Below, piece after piece: positions 54,162 to 64,000 of a stretch of 64,000 nt of DNA (position 1 is the stretch's first letter; the number at the start of each line of letters is the position of its first letter). This DNA comes from an uncultured Gemmatimonadales bacterium (GTDB taxonomy: Bacteria; Gemmatimonadota; Gemmatimonadetes; Longimicrobiales; Gaopeijiaceae): positions 64,001 to 128,000 of the forward strand of contig CAWGKG010000021.1 in the NCBI GenBank assembly GCA_963823035.1, in the 5' to 3' direction. The notes below the pieces were generated by a model. That model saw nothing but the letters and a program-made list of their open reading frames with translations. It did no database searches and was not told where the DNA came from. The position numbers and the translations under genes were made by a program.

Positions 54162-54991
54162 GGGTCGGTCCGTTGGGGTCGATGTTCGGCGAACAGGGCG
54201 CGCGGCGTGTCGCTCGACACCCTGCGCCTGAGCGCCGGATCCGGGCTCCACGCCTCCAGCGTGCGGAAGACGTCGTTCGAGTCGACGGCCGACTCCGTGT
54301 AGACGTGGGGCCAGTCACTTCCCCAGACGCATGAGTCGGGGTTCGCTTCGAGCAGCACCCGCGCCAGCGGCACCGCATCCGGCCACGGAGGCGGACCGCT
54401 CGAGACGCGGTAGGGCGCAGACAGCTTGACGAAACATGCGCCGTCGCGCACGGCCTCGACCAAGGTCCTGAAGGCGGGCGTGTGGGCGCCGGCTTCGCCG
54501 GTCAGCCGTGGTCTGCCCATGTGGTCGATCGAGACCGGCACGCCGAAGCCCTCGACGAGGGTGCGCAGGTCCGCCACCGAGTCCAGCAGAACGTGGAGCT
54601 CGACATGCCAGCCCAGGGCCCGCAGGACCGGCGCCCACCCGCGGACGACGTCCAATCCCAGGCCTCCCGGGTTGATCACGTTGCAGCGCACAGCGCGCAC
54701 GCCGCGCTCGTGGAGGCGCTCGAGATCGCGCGGCGTCGCGTCGGGATCGGGCACGGCCACACCCGTCAGGCGTCCATCGGCGCGGTCCAGCGCGTCGAGC
54801 AGACAGCGGTTGTCGAACCGGTAGATGCTCGGCTGCACCAGCACCCCGTTCGTGTAGCCATGCCGATCGAGCAGGGCCAGATAGTCCTCGAGCGTCGCGA
54901 CCGCCGGATCGTAGCCGCGCCCGTCCCACATCGGGAACCGGTCCGGAGCGCCGATGACGTGCGCGTGGCAGTCCCACAGGGCAGGGCTCAA
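54158..54991 (-). CDS. Amidohydrolase_2 family (lactonase, LigI-like)
   Basis: WDCHAHV, VLVQPS.Y..DN, VRAVR.N, IDHMG, VKLSAPYR, VWGSDWPH. 4-bp overlaps with both neighbours. Confidence 0.88.
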   Translation of the reverse strand: MSPALWDCHAHVIGAPDRFPMWDGRGYDPAVATLEDYLALLDRHGYTNGVLVQPSIYRFDNRCLLDALDRADGRLTGVAVPDPDATPRDLERLHERGVRAVRCNVINPGGLGLDVVRGWAPVLRALGWHVELHVLLDSVADLRTLVEGFGVPVSIDHMGRPRLTGEAGAHTPAFRTLVEAVRDGACFVKLSAPYRVSSGPPPWPDAVPLARVLLEANPDSCVWGSDWPHVYTESAVDSNDVFRTLEAWSPDPALRRRVSSDTPRALFAEHRPQRTDP

Positions 54992-55718
54992 GGCGAGCGC
55001 CCGTCGATGAGGAAGTCGAAGTCGCACCCGCCGTCGGCCTGGAGAACGTGCTCGGCGTAGAGGCGCGCGTAGCCCCGAGGAGGTAGCGCCGGAGGTACGA
55101 TCTCCCGGCGGCGCCGCGCGAGCTCGTCGTCGTCGACCAGCAGGTCGAGCCGTCGCGCGGCCACGTCCAGGCGAACGATGTCGCCGTCCCGGACCAGCGC
55201 CAGCGGTCCCCCGACCGCGGCCTCCGGCGCGGCGTGCAGGATCACGGTTCCGCTCGCCGTCCCGCTCATGCGCGCATCGGAGACGCGCACCATGTCCTTC
55301 ACGCCCTGGCGCGCGAGCTTCGCGGGAATCGGCACGGACCCGGCTTCGGGCATGCCGGGCCCGCTCGCCGCGGCCGCTTTCAGCACCGCGCCATCCGGCG
55401 CCAGGTTGCCACGGAGCGCGACGATGGCCGGGCCGGGCGCTACGGGGTCCGTCGCGTCGCGGATGACGCGGCCGTCGACCCACTCGGGCCAGTCGTCGAG
55501 CACGTCGCCGAGCTTCCGACCGTCGGCGGTCGTCGTCGAGCGATCCAGACGCGGGAGACGCCGCATCAGCGCGGGAAGACCGCCGGCACCGTGGAAGTCC
55601 TGCATGAAGCCGGTGCCGACCGGCTTGAGATCGACGAGCACGGGCACGTCACCGCCGACACGGTCGATGTCGCCGAGATCGAAGGGGATGCCGGCGCGGC
55701 CGGCGATCGCGGCGAGGG
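54988..55718 (-). pseudogene. C-terminal fragment of an IlvD/Edd-family dehydratase with an internal deletion
   Basis: AIAGRAG, PVLVDLKP.G..FMQDFHGAGG, LRGNLAPDGAVLK, PGMPEAG..PIP, SDARMSGT, PEAAVGGPLA, RGY..LY..HV.QA..GCDFDF. The N-terminal half is absent. Confidence 0.85.
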
Positions 55719-56183
55719 TTGGATTCGCCGTCCCAGAGCCATCTCCACATCGAGGACGTCGAAGTAGCTTCCCGACACGGCCTCGAGGAAGACCACCTCC
55801 GTGGACGTCTCGTGGCGGATGCTGGCGGCGTACCCGGCCCGCACCGCCGCCATGCCCTGGAAAGCCGCGTCGCCCGTGCGGGCGTAGTCCACATAGTCCA
55901 GGTACGAGAGGTCACCGAAGGGATCCTGTGCCGTGCGGTCGTGGAGTTGCACCAGGCCGCGGGCGTCCGCCCCCGGAAAGGGCTGACGGAATCCGTTGAC
56001 GTAGGCGAAGACGCCCACCCCCGCCGAAAGGCCCAGGGCGAGGATCCCGACGGCCAGCCCCGTGTGGACGGGACGTCGCCGCACGCCGCGCCAGGCGGTC
56101 TTCAGGTCCGTGAGCAGGTGGCTGGAGGCGGTTGCGGGCAGGATCGCCATCAGTGCCAGCGGGAGCGTGCGGACGCGTATCAT
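55719..56183 (-). pseudogene. N-terminal fragment of an ADOP/MacB-type ABC permease
   Basis: DLKTAWRGVRRRP..T..AV.ILALGL, SYLDY.DY, VSGSYFDVL.V...LGR; ends abruptly at the junction with the dehydratase fragment. Confidence 0.8.
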
Positions 56184-56211
56184 GGACGTCCACCCGGTCT
56201 CGAGGGCCGAA

Positions 56212-56709
56212 TCACCCTCCCTCGCCGGTCCTCCGGCCGAACTCCCGATCGAGCATGAGCAGGGCGGCGTCGTTGTCGCCCGCCCGGACGAGCAGGTCGA
56301 CGGCGCGCTGGGCGTTCTCCTCCTCTTCCACCTGCTCGGTGACGAACCAGTCCAGCTCCCGCTCGGTCGCCAGGTCCTTCTTCTTCGTGGCGAGGTGGAA
56401 CAGCGCGTGGATGGAGGCCGTTACCGCCTGTTCGTGATCGAGCGCGGTCCGGAATGCGTCGAGGGGTCGGCCGAAGTTCTCCGGGGGTGCTTCGACGGCC
56501 TGCAGCACGACCCGACCTCCGCGGCGGTTCACATATCCGAAGAGGCGCATGGCGTGCTGTAGCTCCTCCGCCGCCTGCGTGCGCATCCAGCGGGCGAACC
56601 CGTCGAACGCCTCGTGCTCGAACTGGGCCGCCATGCTCAGGTACACGTAGCCGGAGGATAGCTCCAACCGGATCTGATCGTTCAGGGCCTTGAGAACCGC
56701 CTCGTCCAT
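56212..56709 (-). CDS. Non-heme ferritin
   Basis: LNDQI.LEL.S.Y.YLSM, QA.EE..HAM, HE..VT.SI, L.WFV.EQVEEE ferroxidase residues. Confidence 0.93.
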   Translation of the reverse strand: MDEAVLKALNDQIRLELSSGYVYLSMAAQFEHEAFDGFARWMRTQAAEELQHAMRLFGYVNRRGGRVVLQAVEAPPENFGRPLDAFRTALDHEQAVTASIHALFHLATKKKDLATERELDWFVTEQVEEEENAQRAVDLLVRAGDNDAALLMLDREFGRRTGEGG

Positions 56710-56924
56710 GGGAAGCACGTCCTGGTGGGTGTTCGAGGTGTTGGAACCGATCCATACCCTCCCGCGCGGCGGCGGTGCCAACGCTGGGGCGTCGGGCACC
56801 AGCCCCACGAGCCCGCCGCGCGCTACGCGCCCCCTACAGGCCGGGTCGGGGATCTCCCGACTGGACGGACCGGGGCTTTCGTGGGACGGTGAAGGATCCT
56901 CATCGCCCTGCCGGAGGGTCCAAC

Positions 56925-57389
56925 ATGCGCGAGACCATTCGCTTCCGGCTGAACGGCCGGGAAACCACGATCGAGACCGACGGTGAGCGGCGTCTCCTCT
57001 GGGTCCTGCGCAGCGACCTCGGCCTCACCGGTCCGAAGTACGGTTGCGGGATCTCGCGGTGCGGCGCCTGCACGGTCCTCGTGAATGGCAATCCGGTCCG
57101 TTCATGCCAATACCAGATCCTGGACGTCCAGGACGCCGACATCACCACCATCGAAGGACTGGCCGACGGAGACCGGCTGCATCCGCTGCAGGAGGAGTTC
57201 GCCGAGCGGGGTGCGTTCCAGTGCGGCTATTGCACGCCCGGGATGATCCTGGAGGCGTACAGCCTCCTGAAGGCGAATCCGCATCCGACCCGGCCACAGA
57301 TCGTGAGCGGGATGAACCGGAACCTGTGCCGCTGCGGCGCCCACAAGCGGATCGTGGAAGCCATCGAAGCCGCCGCGGCGCGGCTGTGA
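56925..57389 (+). CDS. (2Fe-2S)-binding small subunit of a molybdenum hydroxylase (CoxS/IorA-like)
   Basis: GPKYGCG...CGACTV, ITTIEGL, FQCGYCTPG, NLCRCG. Confidence 0.94.
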   Translation: MRETIRFRLNGRETTIETDGERRLLWVLRSDLGLTGPKYGCGISRCGACTVLVNGNPVRSCQYQILDVQDADITTIEGLADGDRLHPLQEEFAERGAFQCGYCTPGMILEAYSLLKANPHPTRPQIVSGMNRNLCRCGAHKRIVEAIEAAAARL

Positions 57390-57399
57390 GGAGGACGTC

Positions 57400-59514
57400 A
57401 TGAACAGGAACGATCTGGGTCCGATGGCCGTGGACCGCCGGGACTTCCTCAAGTTCACCGGCGGCGGGATCGCCGTCTTCGTCACGCTGAAGGACCGATC
57501 CATCCTTGCCGAGACTCTGGAGCAGCAGCGGGGGTACCCATCGGACTTCAACGCCTACCTGCGTATCGGGGAGGACGGCCGGGTGACCGTGCTCACCGGC
57601 AAGATCGAGATGGGGCAGGGCGTGGAGACGTCGCAGGCGCAGATGGTCGCGGAGGAGCTGCGCGTGCCGCTGGCGTCCGTCGACATGGTCATGGGCGACA
57701 CCGACGTGTGCGTGTGGGACGCCGGCACCTGGGGCTCGCTCACGACGCGGGTCTTCGGGCCCGCGCTGCGAGCCGCCGCGGCCAAGGCGCGGGAGGTGCT
57801 CCTCGAGCTCGCTTCCGAGCGTCTGGACGCGCCGGCGGAGCGCCTCCGGGTGGAAGACGGCGTCGTCTCGGTGGTGGGCGGCCAGCGTCGCGTCACGTAC
57901 GGCGAGCTGGCGAAGGGGCAGAAGATCGAGCGGACGTTGGACCACGAGGCGGTCCTCCGGTCGGTGAAGGACTTCACGGTCATGGGCACCTCGTCGAAGC
58001 GGTTCGACCGGAAGGCGAAGGTCACGGGCGCGGCCCACTATGCCGGCGACGTCCGCCTCCCGGGCATGCTCCGGGCCAGGCTGCTCCGGCCGCCGGCGCA
58101 CGGAGCCACGTTGAAGAGCGTCGACACCTCGGCGGCGGAGGCCGTGGCGGGCGTGACGGTGGTCAACCGGGACGGGCTGGTGGCGGTCCTGCACGAGGAA
58201 CGCGACGTGGCCGATCGGGCCCTGGAGCTGGTGCGGGCCGAATGGGATGTGCCCGTGGCCGAGCTGGACGACCAGAACATCTGGGATCACCTCGTGGCTG
58301 TCGCGCCCGACGGTCGGACGACGTACGAGCTGGGGAGTCTCGACGCCGGGGCGCAGGCCTGCGCGAAGGTGTTCGAACACACCTACTACGACGGGTACGT
58401 GGCCCACGCGCCCATGGAGCCGCACACGTCGATCGCTTCCGTCGAGGACGACCGCATCACGATCTGGGCCTCCACGCAGAGCCCCTTCGGGGACCAGGCG
58501 CGGGTCGCCCAGACCCTCGGCATCGACCCCTCGATGGTCCGGGTCGTCACGCCGTACGTGGGCGGCGGATTCGGTGGCAAGGCGTCGGGCGGCCAGACGC
58601 TGGAGGCGGCGCGTCTGGCATGGATCACGCGCCGTCCGGTGCAGGTCATGTGGACGCGGGACGAGGAGTTCTTCTACGACACCTTCCATGCCGCGGCCGT
58701 CGTGAAGCTCCGTTCGGGGATCGATGCCGCTGGGCGCATGCAACTCTGGGACTACCACGTCTACATGGCGGGCACGAGGGGCACGGAAGTCCTCTACGAC
58801 GTGCCCCACGCCGTCGTGGCCTCACACTCGGCGCGCGACGCGCACCCCTTCGCCACCGGCGCATGGCGGGCTCCCGGCGCGAACACGAACACGTTCGCGC
58901 GCGAGTGCCAGATCGACATCATGGCCGCGGATGCGGGGATCGATCCGATGGAGTTCCGCCTGCGCAACGCAGCGGACCCGCGCCTGCGCAGCGTGCTGGA
59001 GGCGGTGGCGAAGGCTGCCGGCTGGTCCGGGGCTCCGGCGCCGAGCGGGCGAGGCTTCGGGGTGGCGTGCGGTTTCGACGCCGGAACGTACGTAGCGCAC
59101 GTGGCGAAGGTCGCCGTCGATGAATCCTCGGGCGCGGTACGGGTCGAGCGGATGTGGTGCGCCCAGGAGATGGGGATCGTGGTGAATCCCGAAGGCGCCA
59201 CCATGCAGATGGAGGGTTGCATCACCCAGGGGCTCGGATACGCCCTCATGGAGCACATCCGCTTCCGTGGAGGGGACATCCGCGACAGGAACTTCAACAC
59301 GTACCGGATCCCCCGCTTCACCGACCTCCCGGAGATCGAGACCGTCCTCGTTGCGAACGACGAGGTGGCGCCGCAAGGCGGGGGCGAACCCGCGATCATA
59401 TGCATCGGCGCCGTGATCGCCAACGCCGTCTACGATGCCTGCGGGAGCCGCCTCTTCACGATGCCGTTCACGCCGGAGTCGGTGCGGGCGGGGATCACGG
59501 AGTCGGCTGGCTGA
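57400..59514 (+). CDS. Molybdopterin-binding large subunit, IorB-like, with Tat motif
   Basis: DRRDFLK, GKIEMGQG, VAEEL, KVTG.A.Y, AHAPMEP, GGGFGGK, WRAPG, QMEG.I.QGLG, GGGEP. Confidence 0.93.
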   Translation: MNRNDLGPMAVDRRDFLKFTGGGIAVFVTLKDRSILAETLEQQRGYPSDFNAYLRIGEDGRVTVLTGKIEMGQGVETSQAQMVAEELRVPLASVDMVMGDTDVCVWDAGTWGSLTTRVFGPALRAAAAKAREVLLELASERLDAPAERLRVEDGVVSVVGGQRRVTYGELAKGQKIERTLDHEAVLRSVKDFTVMGTSSKRFDRKAKVTGAAHYAGDVRLPGMLRARLLRPPAHGATLKSVDTSAAEAVAGVTVVNRDGLVAVLHEERDVADRALELVRAEWDVPVAELDDQNIWDHLVAVAPDGRTTYELGSLDAGAQACAKVFEHTYYDGYVAHAPMEPHTSIASVEDDRITIWASTQSPFGDQARVAQTLGIDPSMVRVVTPYVGGGFGGKASGGQTLEAARLAWITRRPVQVMWTRDEEFFYDTFHAAAVVKLRSGIDAAGRMQLWDYHVYMAGTRGTEVLYDVPHAVVASHSARDAHPFATGAWRAPGANTNTFARECQIDIMAADAGIDPMEFRLRNAADPRLRSVLEAVAKAAGWSGAPAPSGRGFGVACGFDAGTYVAHVAKVAVDESSGAVRVERMWCAQEMGIVVNPEGATMQMEGCITQGLGYALMEHIRFRGGDIRDRNFNTYRIPRFTDLPEIETVLVANDEVAPQGGGEPAIICIGAVIANAVYDACGSRLFTMPFTPESVRAGITESAG

Positions 59515-59628
59515 GGAAAGCGCGGCTCGTGACCGGAGGGAGACAGGAGGGCCTGTACGGGAAGCGGGGTTGGGGCCAGTATTCTCGGATACCTCACTGC
59601 CCTCATCCCTCGCTCCATCCTGCCTCCC

Positions 59629-61803
59629 TTGCGGTTTCTGCCCCTCTTCGTGCGGATTCTGGGCGTCCTCACCGTGACCGAGCTGGCCGCGGGCGCGTTG
59701 CTGGCCGTCCTCCCGGCGCTGCCCGGCGGCGTGCACGAGGTGGTCCACTTCGCGCTCATGGCCCTGCTCGCCGCTCCCCTCGCGCACCGGTGGATCTTCC
59801 GGCCCCTCGTCGGTAGGATCGTCACGACGTCCCTGGCGAAAGAGCAGCGCTCCACCGCCGAAGCCAGCCGCCTTCTGCATCTCTTCCGGGCGGGCATCGA
59901 GCGGAGCGGGGAGATCATCTTCCTGACGGATCCGTCGGGGCGGATCATGTACGTGAACCCGATGTTCACGGAGACGTACGGGTACGCGCCGAGCGAAGCC
60001 ATCGGCCAGACGCCCCGAATTCTGAAGTCCGGGGCACTGCCTCCGGAGGCCTACGACGGGTTCTGGGCCACGCTCCTGGGCAAACAGGTGGTGCAGGGTG
60101 AGCTGGTGAACCGTGCCAAGGACGGCACCGTGCTGACCATCGAGGCCACGGCGAACCCGGTCCTGGACGACGAGGGCGAGATCGTGGCCTTCCTGGCCAT
60201 CCAGCGCAACGTGACGGCCCGGAAGCAGACCGAGGAGGCCCTGCGCCGGAGCGAGGAGCGCTTCCGCACGCTGATGGAGAAGGTCCCCGAAGGTATCGGC
60301 GCGCTGGAGTTGGACGATCGGACCATCCGCTATGCGAACCCCGCGCTGTGCCGCATGCTCGGCTACGCCGAGGAGGAGATGCGCGGGAAGAGGGTCGACG
60401 ATTTCCAGCACCCCGACGACCGGGAGCGGGCCCGCCGTCGGCTGGAGGAGCTCACGCGCGCCGGCGGAGACCCCATGGCGCTGGAGGTGCCGGCCGAGTA
60501 CCGCCTCGTCAGCCGGTCGGGCTCCGTGGTCAACGTGGAGATCACCACCCGGGTCGTCGACCTGGAGGACGGCCCCGCGTTGCTGAGCATCGTGCGGGAC
60601 GTCACCGACCGGAAGCGGCTCGAGGAGCACATGCTCCAGTCCCAGAAGCTCGAAGCCGTGGGTCAGCTCGCCGGCGGGGTCGCCCACGATTTCAACAACC
60701 TCCTCACGATCATCCAGGCCAACGCCGAGCTGCTTCGGCACGAGCACTTCACCGCCGACGGGAAAGAGCCAGCGGAGATCGGGGAGGTGGAGAGCGCGGT
60801 GCGGAGGGGCAAGGAGCTGGTGCAGCGGCTCTCCGCCTTCAGCCGCAGAGAGGCGCTCAGCTTCGACGCGGTGGACCTGCGCCCGTTCCTGTCGGAGTTG
60901 GAGCGGCCTCTGCGACGACTCCTTCCGGAGAACATCGAGATCCGCATGCGCGTCGCCGACGGAGCCGGGCCGGTGTGGGCCCACGTCGGCTCGCTCGAGC
61001 AGATCCTCATCAACCTGACCACCAACGCCCGCGATGCCATGCCCGAAGGCGGCGTCCTCGACATCTCGGTGACGCCCGTCGTGGTCTCCGACCGTGACGA
61101 TATGGGGTCCGCCCCGGGCGACTACGTGTGCATCGCGGTCACGGACACGGGCGTCGGCATGCCCCGGACGGTGCGCGATCGCATCTTCGAGCCGTTCTTC
61201 ACCACCAAGCCCGTCGGGAAGGGGACGGGCCTCGGGATGGCCGCCGTGTACGGCCTGGTGAGCCAGCACTCGGGCTTCGTGAGCGTCTACAGCGAAGAAG
61301 CCCGGGGAACCACCGTGCGGGTGAACCTCCCGGTGGCCGGTCGGCGACGTCCGGAGGTGCCGGGGCCGGAAATCCACCCGGGCGGGCACGGTGGCCCCAG
61401 CGGTGGCACCGAGACCATTCTGGTGGTCGAGGACGAGGAAGCCGTGCGCCGGGCGGCCATCCGCAGCCTATCCCGGGCGGGCTACACCGTCCTGGCGGCG
61501 TGCGACGGCGTCGAGGCGCTGCAGGTCTTCCGCGAGCATGGCGACGCGATCGACCTCGTGCTCACGGACCTCGTGATGCCCCGTATGGGCGGGCGCGACT
61601 TCGCGGCACGCGTCCAGGAAGAGCGCCCCGATCTTCCCGTGATCTTCGCGAGCGGATACGACGCCGACGCCGCCGTCCACGACGGGGCGCCCCCCCCGCC
61701 CGACGCGTTCCTGGGGAAGCCGTGGACGCTGGAGGAGTTGACCCGAGTCGTGCGACGGAGGCTCGACGAATCGGGCTCGCTAGGGGGCGGGACTCGCGCG
61801 TGA
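59629..61803 (+). CDS. Membrane-anchored hybrid histidine kinase with two PAS domains and receiver
   Basis: Two TM helices, PAS (YVNP.F...[13 protein letters not shown]), second [26 protein letters not shown], receiver ILVVEDE..TDLVMP.MGG..KPW. Start uncertain. Confidence 0.92.
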   Translation: MRFLPLFVRILGVLTVTELAAGALLAVLPALPGGVHEVVHFALMALLAAPLAHRWIFRPLVGRIVTTSLAKEQRSTAEASRLLHLFRAGIERSGEIIFLTDPSGRIMYVNPMFTETYGYAPSEAIGQTPRILKSGALPPEAYDGFWATLLGKQVVQGELVNRAKDGTVLTIEATANPVLDDEGEIVAFLAIQRNVTARKQTEEALRRSEERFRTLMEKVPEGIGALELDDRTIRYANPALCRMLGYAEEEMRGKRVDDFQHPDDRERARRRLEELTRAGGDPMALEVPAEYRLVSRSGSVVNVEITTRVVDLEDGPALLSIVRDVTDRKRLEEHMLQSQKLEAVGQLAGGVAHDFNNLLTIIQANAELLRHEHFTADGKEPAEIGEVESAVRRGKELVQRLSAFSRREALSFDAVDLRPFLSELERPLRRLLPENIEIRMRVADGAGPVWAHVGSLEQILINLTTNARDAMPEGGVLDISVTPVVVSDRDDMGSAPGDYVCIAVTDTGVGMPRTVRDRIFEPFFTTKPVGKGTGLGMAAVYGLVSQHSGFVSVYSEEARGTTVRVNLPVAGRRRPEVPGPEIHPGGHGGPSGGTETILVVEDEEAVRRAAIRSLSRAGYTVLAACDGVEALQVFREHGDAIDLVLTDLVMPRMGGRDFAARVQEERPDLPVIFASGYDADAAVHDGAPPPPDAFLGKPWTLEELTRVVRRRLDESGSLGGGTRA

Positions 61804-64000
61804 CGTGCCCCGCCACTGCGTCTCCGGCGGTCGGTTCAGGTCCCGCGGTCGCCACTTGCCCCCGGGATACTCCCCGAAGATGCGGCTCGCGATGTGCTCT
61901 CCCAGCCGACGGTAGCTTTCCCACTGGGCCTCGCCGAAGAACTGGTCCATCGTCGATTCCTGCGGGAATTGCGGGTGGGCCCGTTGGTACTCGACCACGT
62001 CCAGGGGCTCGTCGCCGGAGACGCTCGGCTTCAGGATCACCAGAATCGAGTCGGGTGCCTTCTTCCTGCGTTCGGGGTCCTCGTAGAACACGGCCGCCAG
62101 GAGAGCGTGGGGACCGTCGGTACGCCGCGGCTGGCCGGAGCCGCCCGCCGCTCGCCGGATGCCCGGAAGTCGCTCGGCTCTCCGAAATAGCCGACCAGCT
62201 CCGCGGGCAGCAGGTCCACCAGAACCTCCCTCGGGTAGAAGGCGATCTCGGCACTGAAGTCCAGGCGGGCCTTCCGCACGAGGCCGGCGAGGTCCTCGAA
62301 TTCGTACTTGGGATCGCAGCCGTCATCGCACACGAGGATGAACGGCACACGGCGCCGGAGGAGCTCGTAGGCGCCCGTGTTCTCGAAGTGTCCACCGTCC
62401 GACAGGTACCAGAGAGGCCGGGCCGGACCGTGGAACCGGGCCAACAACTCGTCGAAGAAGTAGGAGTAGAACGGCATGACCCCCGCGAACCGGAGTCCCG
62501 GCGTTCTGCCGAGAGGCTTGCCACGTACCGCGCGCCTTCCGGGGTCGATCCCGCTGTTCCACCAGTAGCCGAGCCGGACATTCGAAAGCCCGAGGAGCAC
62601 GCTGAGCGCCAGGTTCGTCCGTGAACCGAGGCCGGTGGAGAACGCCGCGCCCGAGATGCTGATCCATTCGCCGAGGCCCAACTCCTCGACCTTGATGGCC
62701 GGACCCGGTGCCGGAAAGACCTGGAAGTCCCCGCGAACCGGGACCGGTTCCAGATCCCGCCCTTCGGCGTTCACCACCCAGGTCGCGTGGTGCCGCGAGC
62801 CCACGCTCATCCCGGAAGGCCCGAGGGCCATCGGCAGACCCTTCCGGTCGCGTTGCTCGAGCTGGCTCCTGCCCGACGCCGTCTCGTTGAGCGTCACGTT
62901 GACCAGATGCAGCGGTCCACCCCGATCGAAAGGCCGGTAGTCGCCGAAGGCGATGCCGTCCCCGGGAATCGTCTCCGAGATTCTCACCTGCCCCTCATGC
63001 CGCCCGGGGTTCGATGCGCCGAGGTAGGCACGGGTCAGACGGGCCGCGTAGAGGGTGTTCTGGGAAGAGAGGTTGAGGAACGGAAGCGTCCACGCGAAGG
63101 CAGCCGGTGAGGACCGCCGCGAAGACCAGCGGAAACCACAGGCCGTTCTGTCCCAGCCGATGGGTCAAGGTGGCCAGACCGACCAGCACCACGCCGCAGA
63201 CCACGAAGGCCAGCGCCCCGAGGAGGAGCTGGGGCGGGCAACGACAGACGCTTGCTTCCTCCGACCGACTCCAACATCGGACGGAGCTTCTGGACGATGC
63301 CGAAAGCGCCCAGCGCGACCGTGAAGGTGGGAGCGAGAACGGCGATGATCCGCCCGGTCTGGAGACCGACCGCGAGCGTACGCCCCGCGGAATCGATCGT
63401 CGCGAACACGGCGAGGCTCACGGCGGTCCAGAGCGAGACCGACAACCAGCGCGACAACCGGTTGCGCTCCAGGCGATCCGGCGCAGGCGCGCCCTTGTCC
63501 TTCGCCTTTCGGCCGTCGCGCCGGGAGAGCGCCCACGCCATGACCCACCAGACCGCCGCCAGGACACCCTCGAGGATCGCGAGCCAGCCCCATGCTGCGG
63601 GAAGGAACGCCGGCCAGACGGTCAGCGACGAGGACCGGCACCACCACCAAAGCGCCGAGGAGGGGCGGCAGGAAGCGCTGGCGTCCGAACGGCCAGGCCC
63701 GCTGGGTGAACCAATAGCTCCAGCCGAGGGGAACGATCGCGAGGAGCACGAGCAGCAGGGGCAGCTCCAACAGGGGGCTCGGCGATACCCCGGCACCGTT
63801 CAACGCCTGGCGCAGGACGCCTGCCTGACTACTGACGCGGAGCAGCGCGTTCGGGCGTCCAGTCCAGGAGCACGCCGATGGCTGCGAACGCCGTGACCGC
63901 CGCCGCCGAGAGCACCACGAGGACCGCGATCCAGTTGCGGAGCAACACGGCAGCGGCCCGGAGCGTGTCGCCGGAGCCATTGGGGGACATGTAGCGACCG
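61780..64000 (-). CDS. Patatin/phospholipase-like membrane protein, C-terminal part (several frameshifts, 5' end outside window)
   Basis: Multiple TM segments, then YAARL.RAYLGASNP, PLHLVNVT.NET, ISGAAFSTG, NVRLGYW, YLSDGGHFENTG.YEL, FPQEST.DQFF.EAQWESYR.LG. Confidence 0.8.

Noticed and set aside
40021..56183. Permease N-fragment (56 kb) and C-fragment (40 kb) as one gene split by a 15-kb mobile element
   Set aside because: Most of the gene's middle is missing, I see no integrase, transposase or terminal repeats, and such permeases have many paralogs.

Overview
GC-rich (roughly 70%) bacterial chromosomal segment. The gene mix (SusC/SusD pair, PadR plus duplicated ABC permease, S46 peptidase, small beta-rich lipoprotein) suggests Gemmatimonadota; this is inference. 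It carries about 50 genes. Respiration: sdhB, cydAB, a Tat-exported Mo-hydroxylase pair. Envelope and secreted proteins: AsmA-like protein, lipoprotein serpin, two beta-lactamase-fold serine hydrolases, DUF481 barrel. Also two PLP decarboxylases, Tex, and an RNA-chaperone neighbourhood (extra IF-1, Csp, DEAD-box helicase) surrounding a Crp/Fnr regulator and two B12-radical SAM genes. Two hybrid histidine kinases and a patatin-like gene run to the right edge. More than 20 single-base frameshifts break otherwise intact genes and most likely reflect long-read consensus errors. A separate set of genes has large truncations or internal deletions. The most striking feature is a single gene at 22591-25282 (one +1 indel) encoding Ser/Thr kinase - FHA - probable pseudokinase - TIR with the catalytic Glu, a candidate self-contained immune or death-signalling switch. 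Other highlights are a diverged in-frame duplication of the Tex N-terminal domain, a structured leader on the ornithine decarboxylase gene, and readable operator sites for PadR and Crp regulators. I found no rRNA, tRNA, CRISPR array, transposase or integrase. All family assignments come from motif recognition, not database searches.
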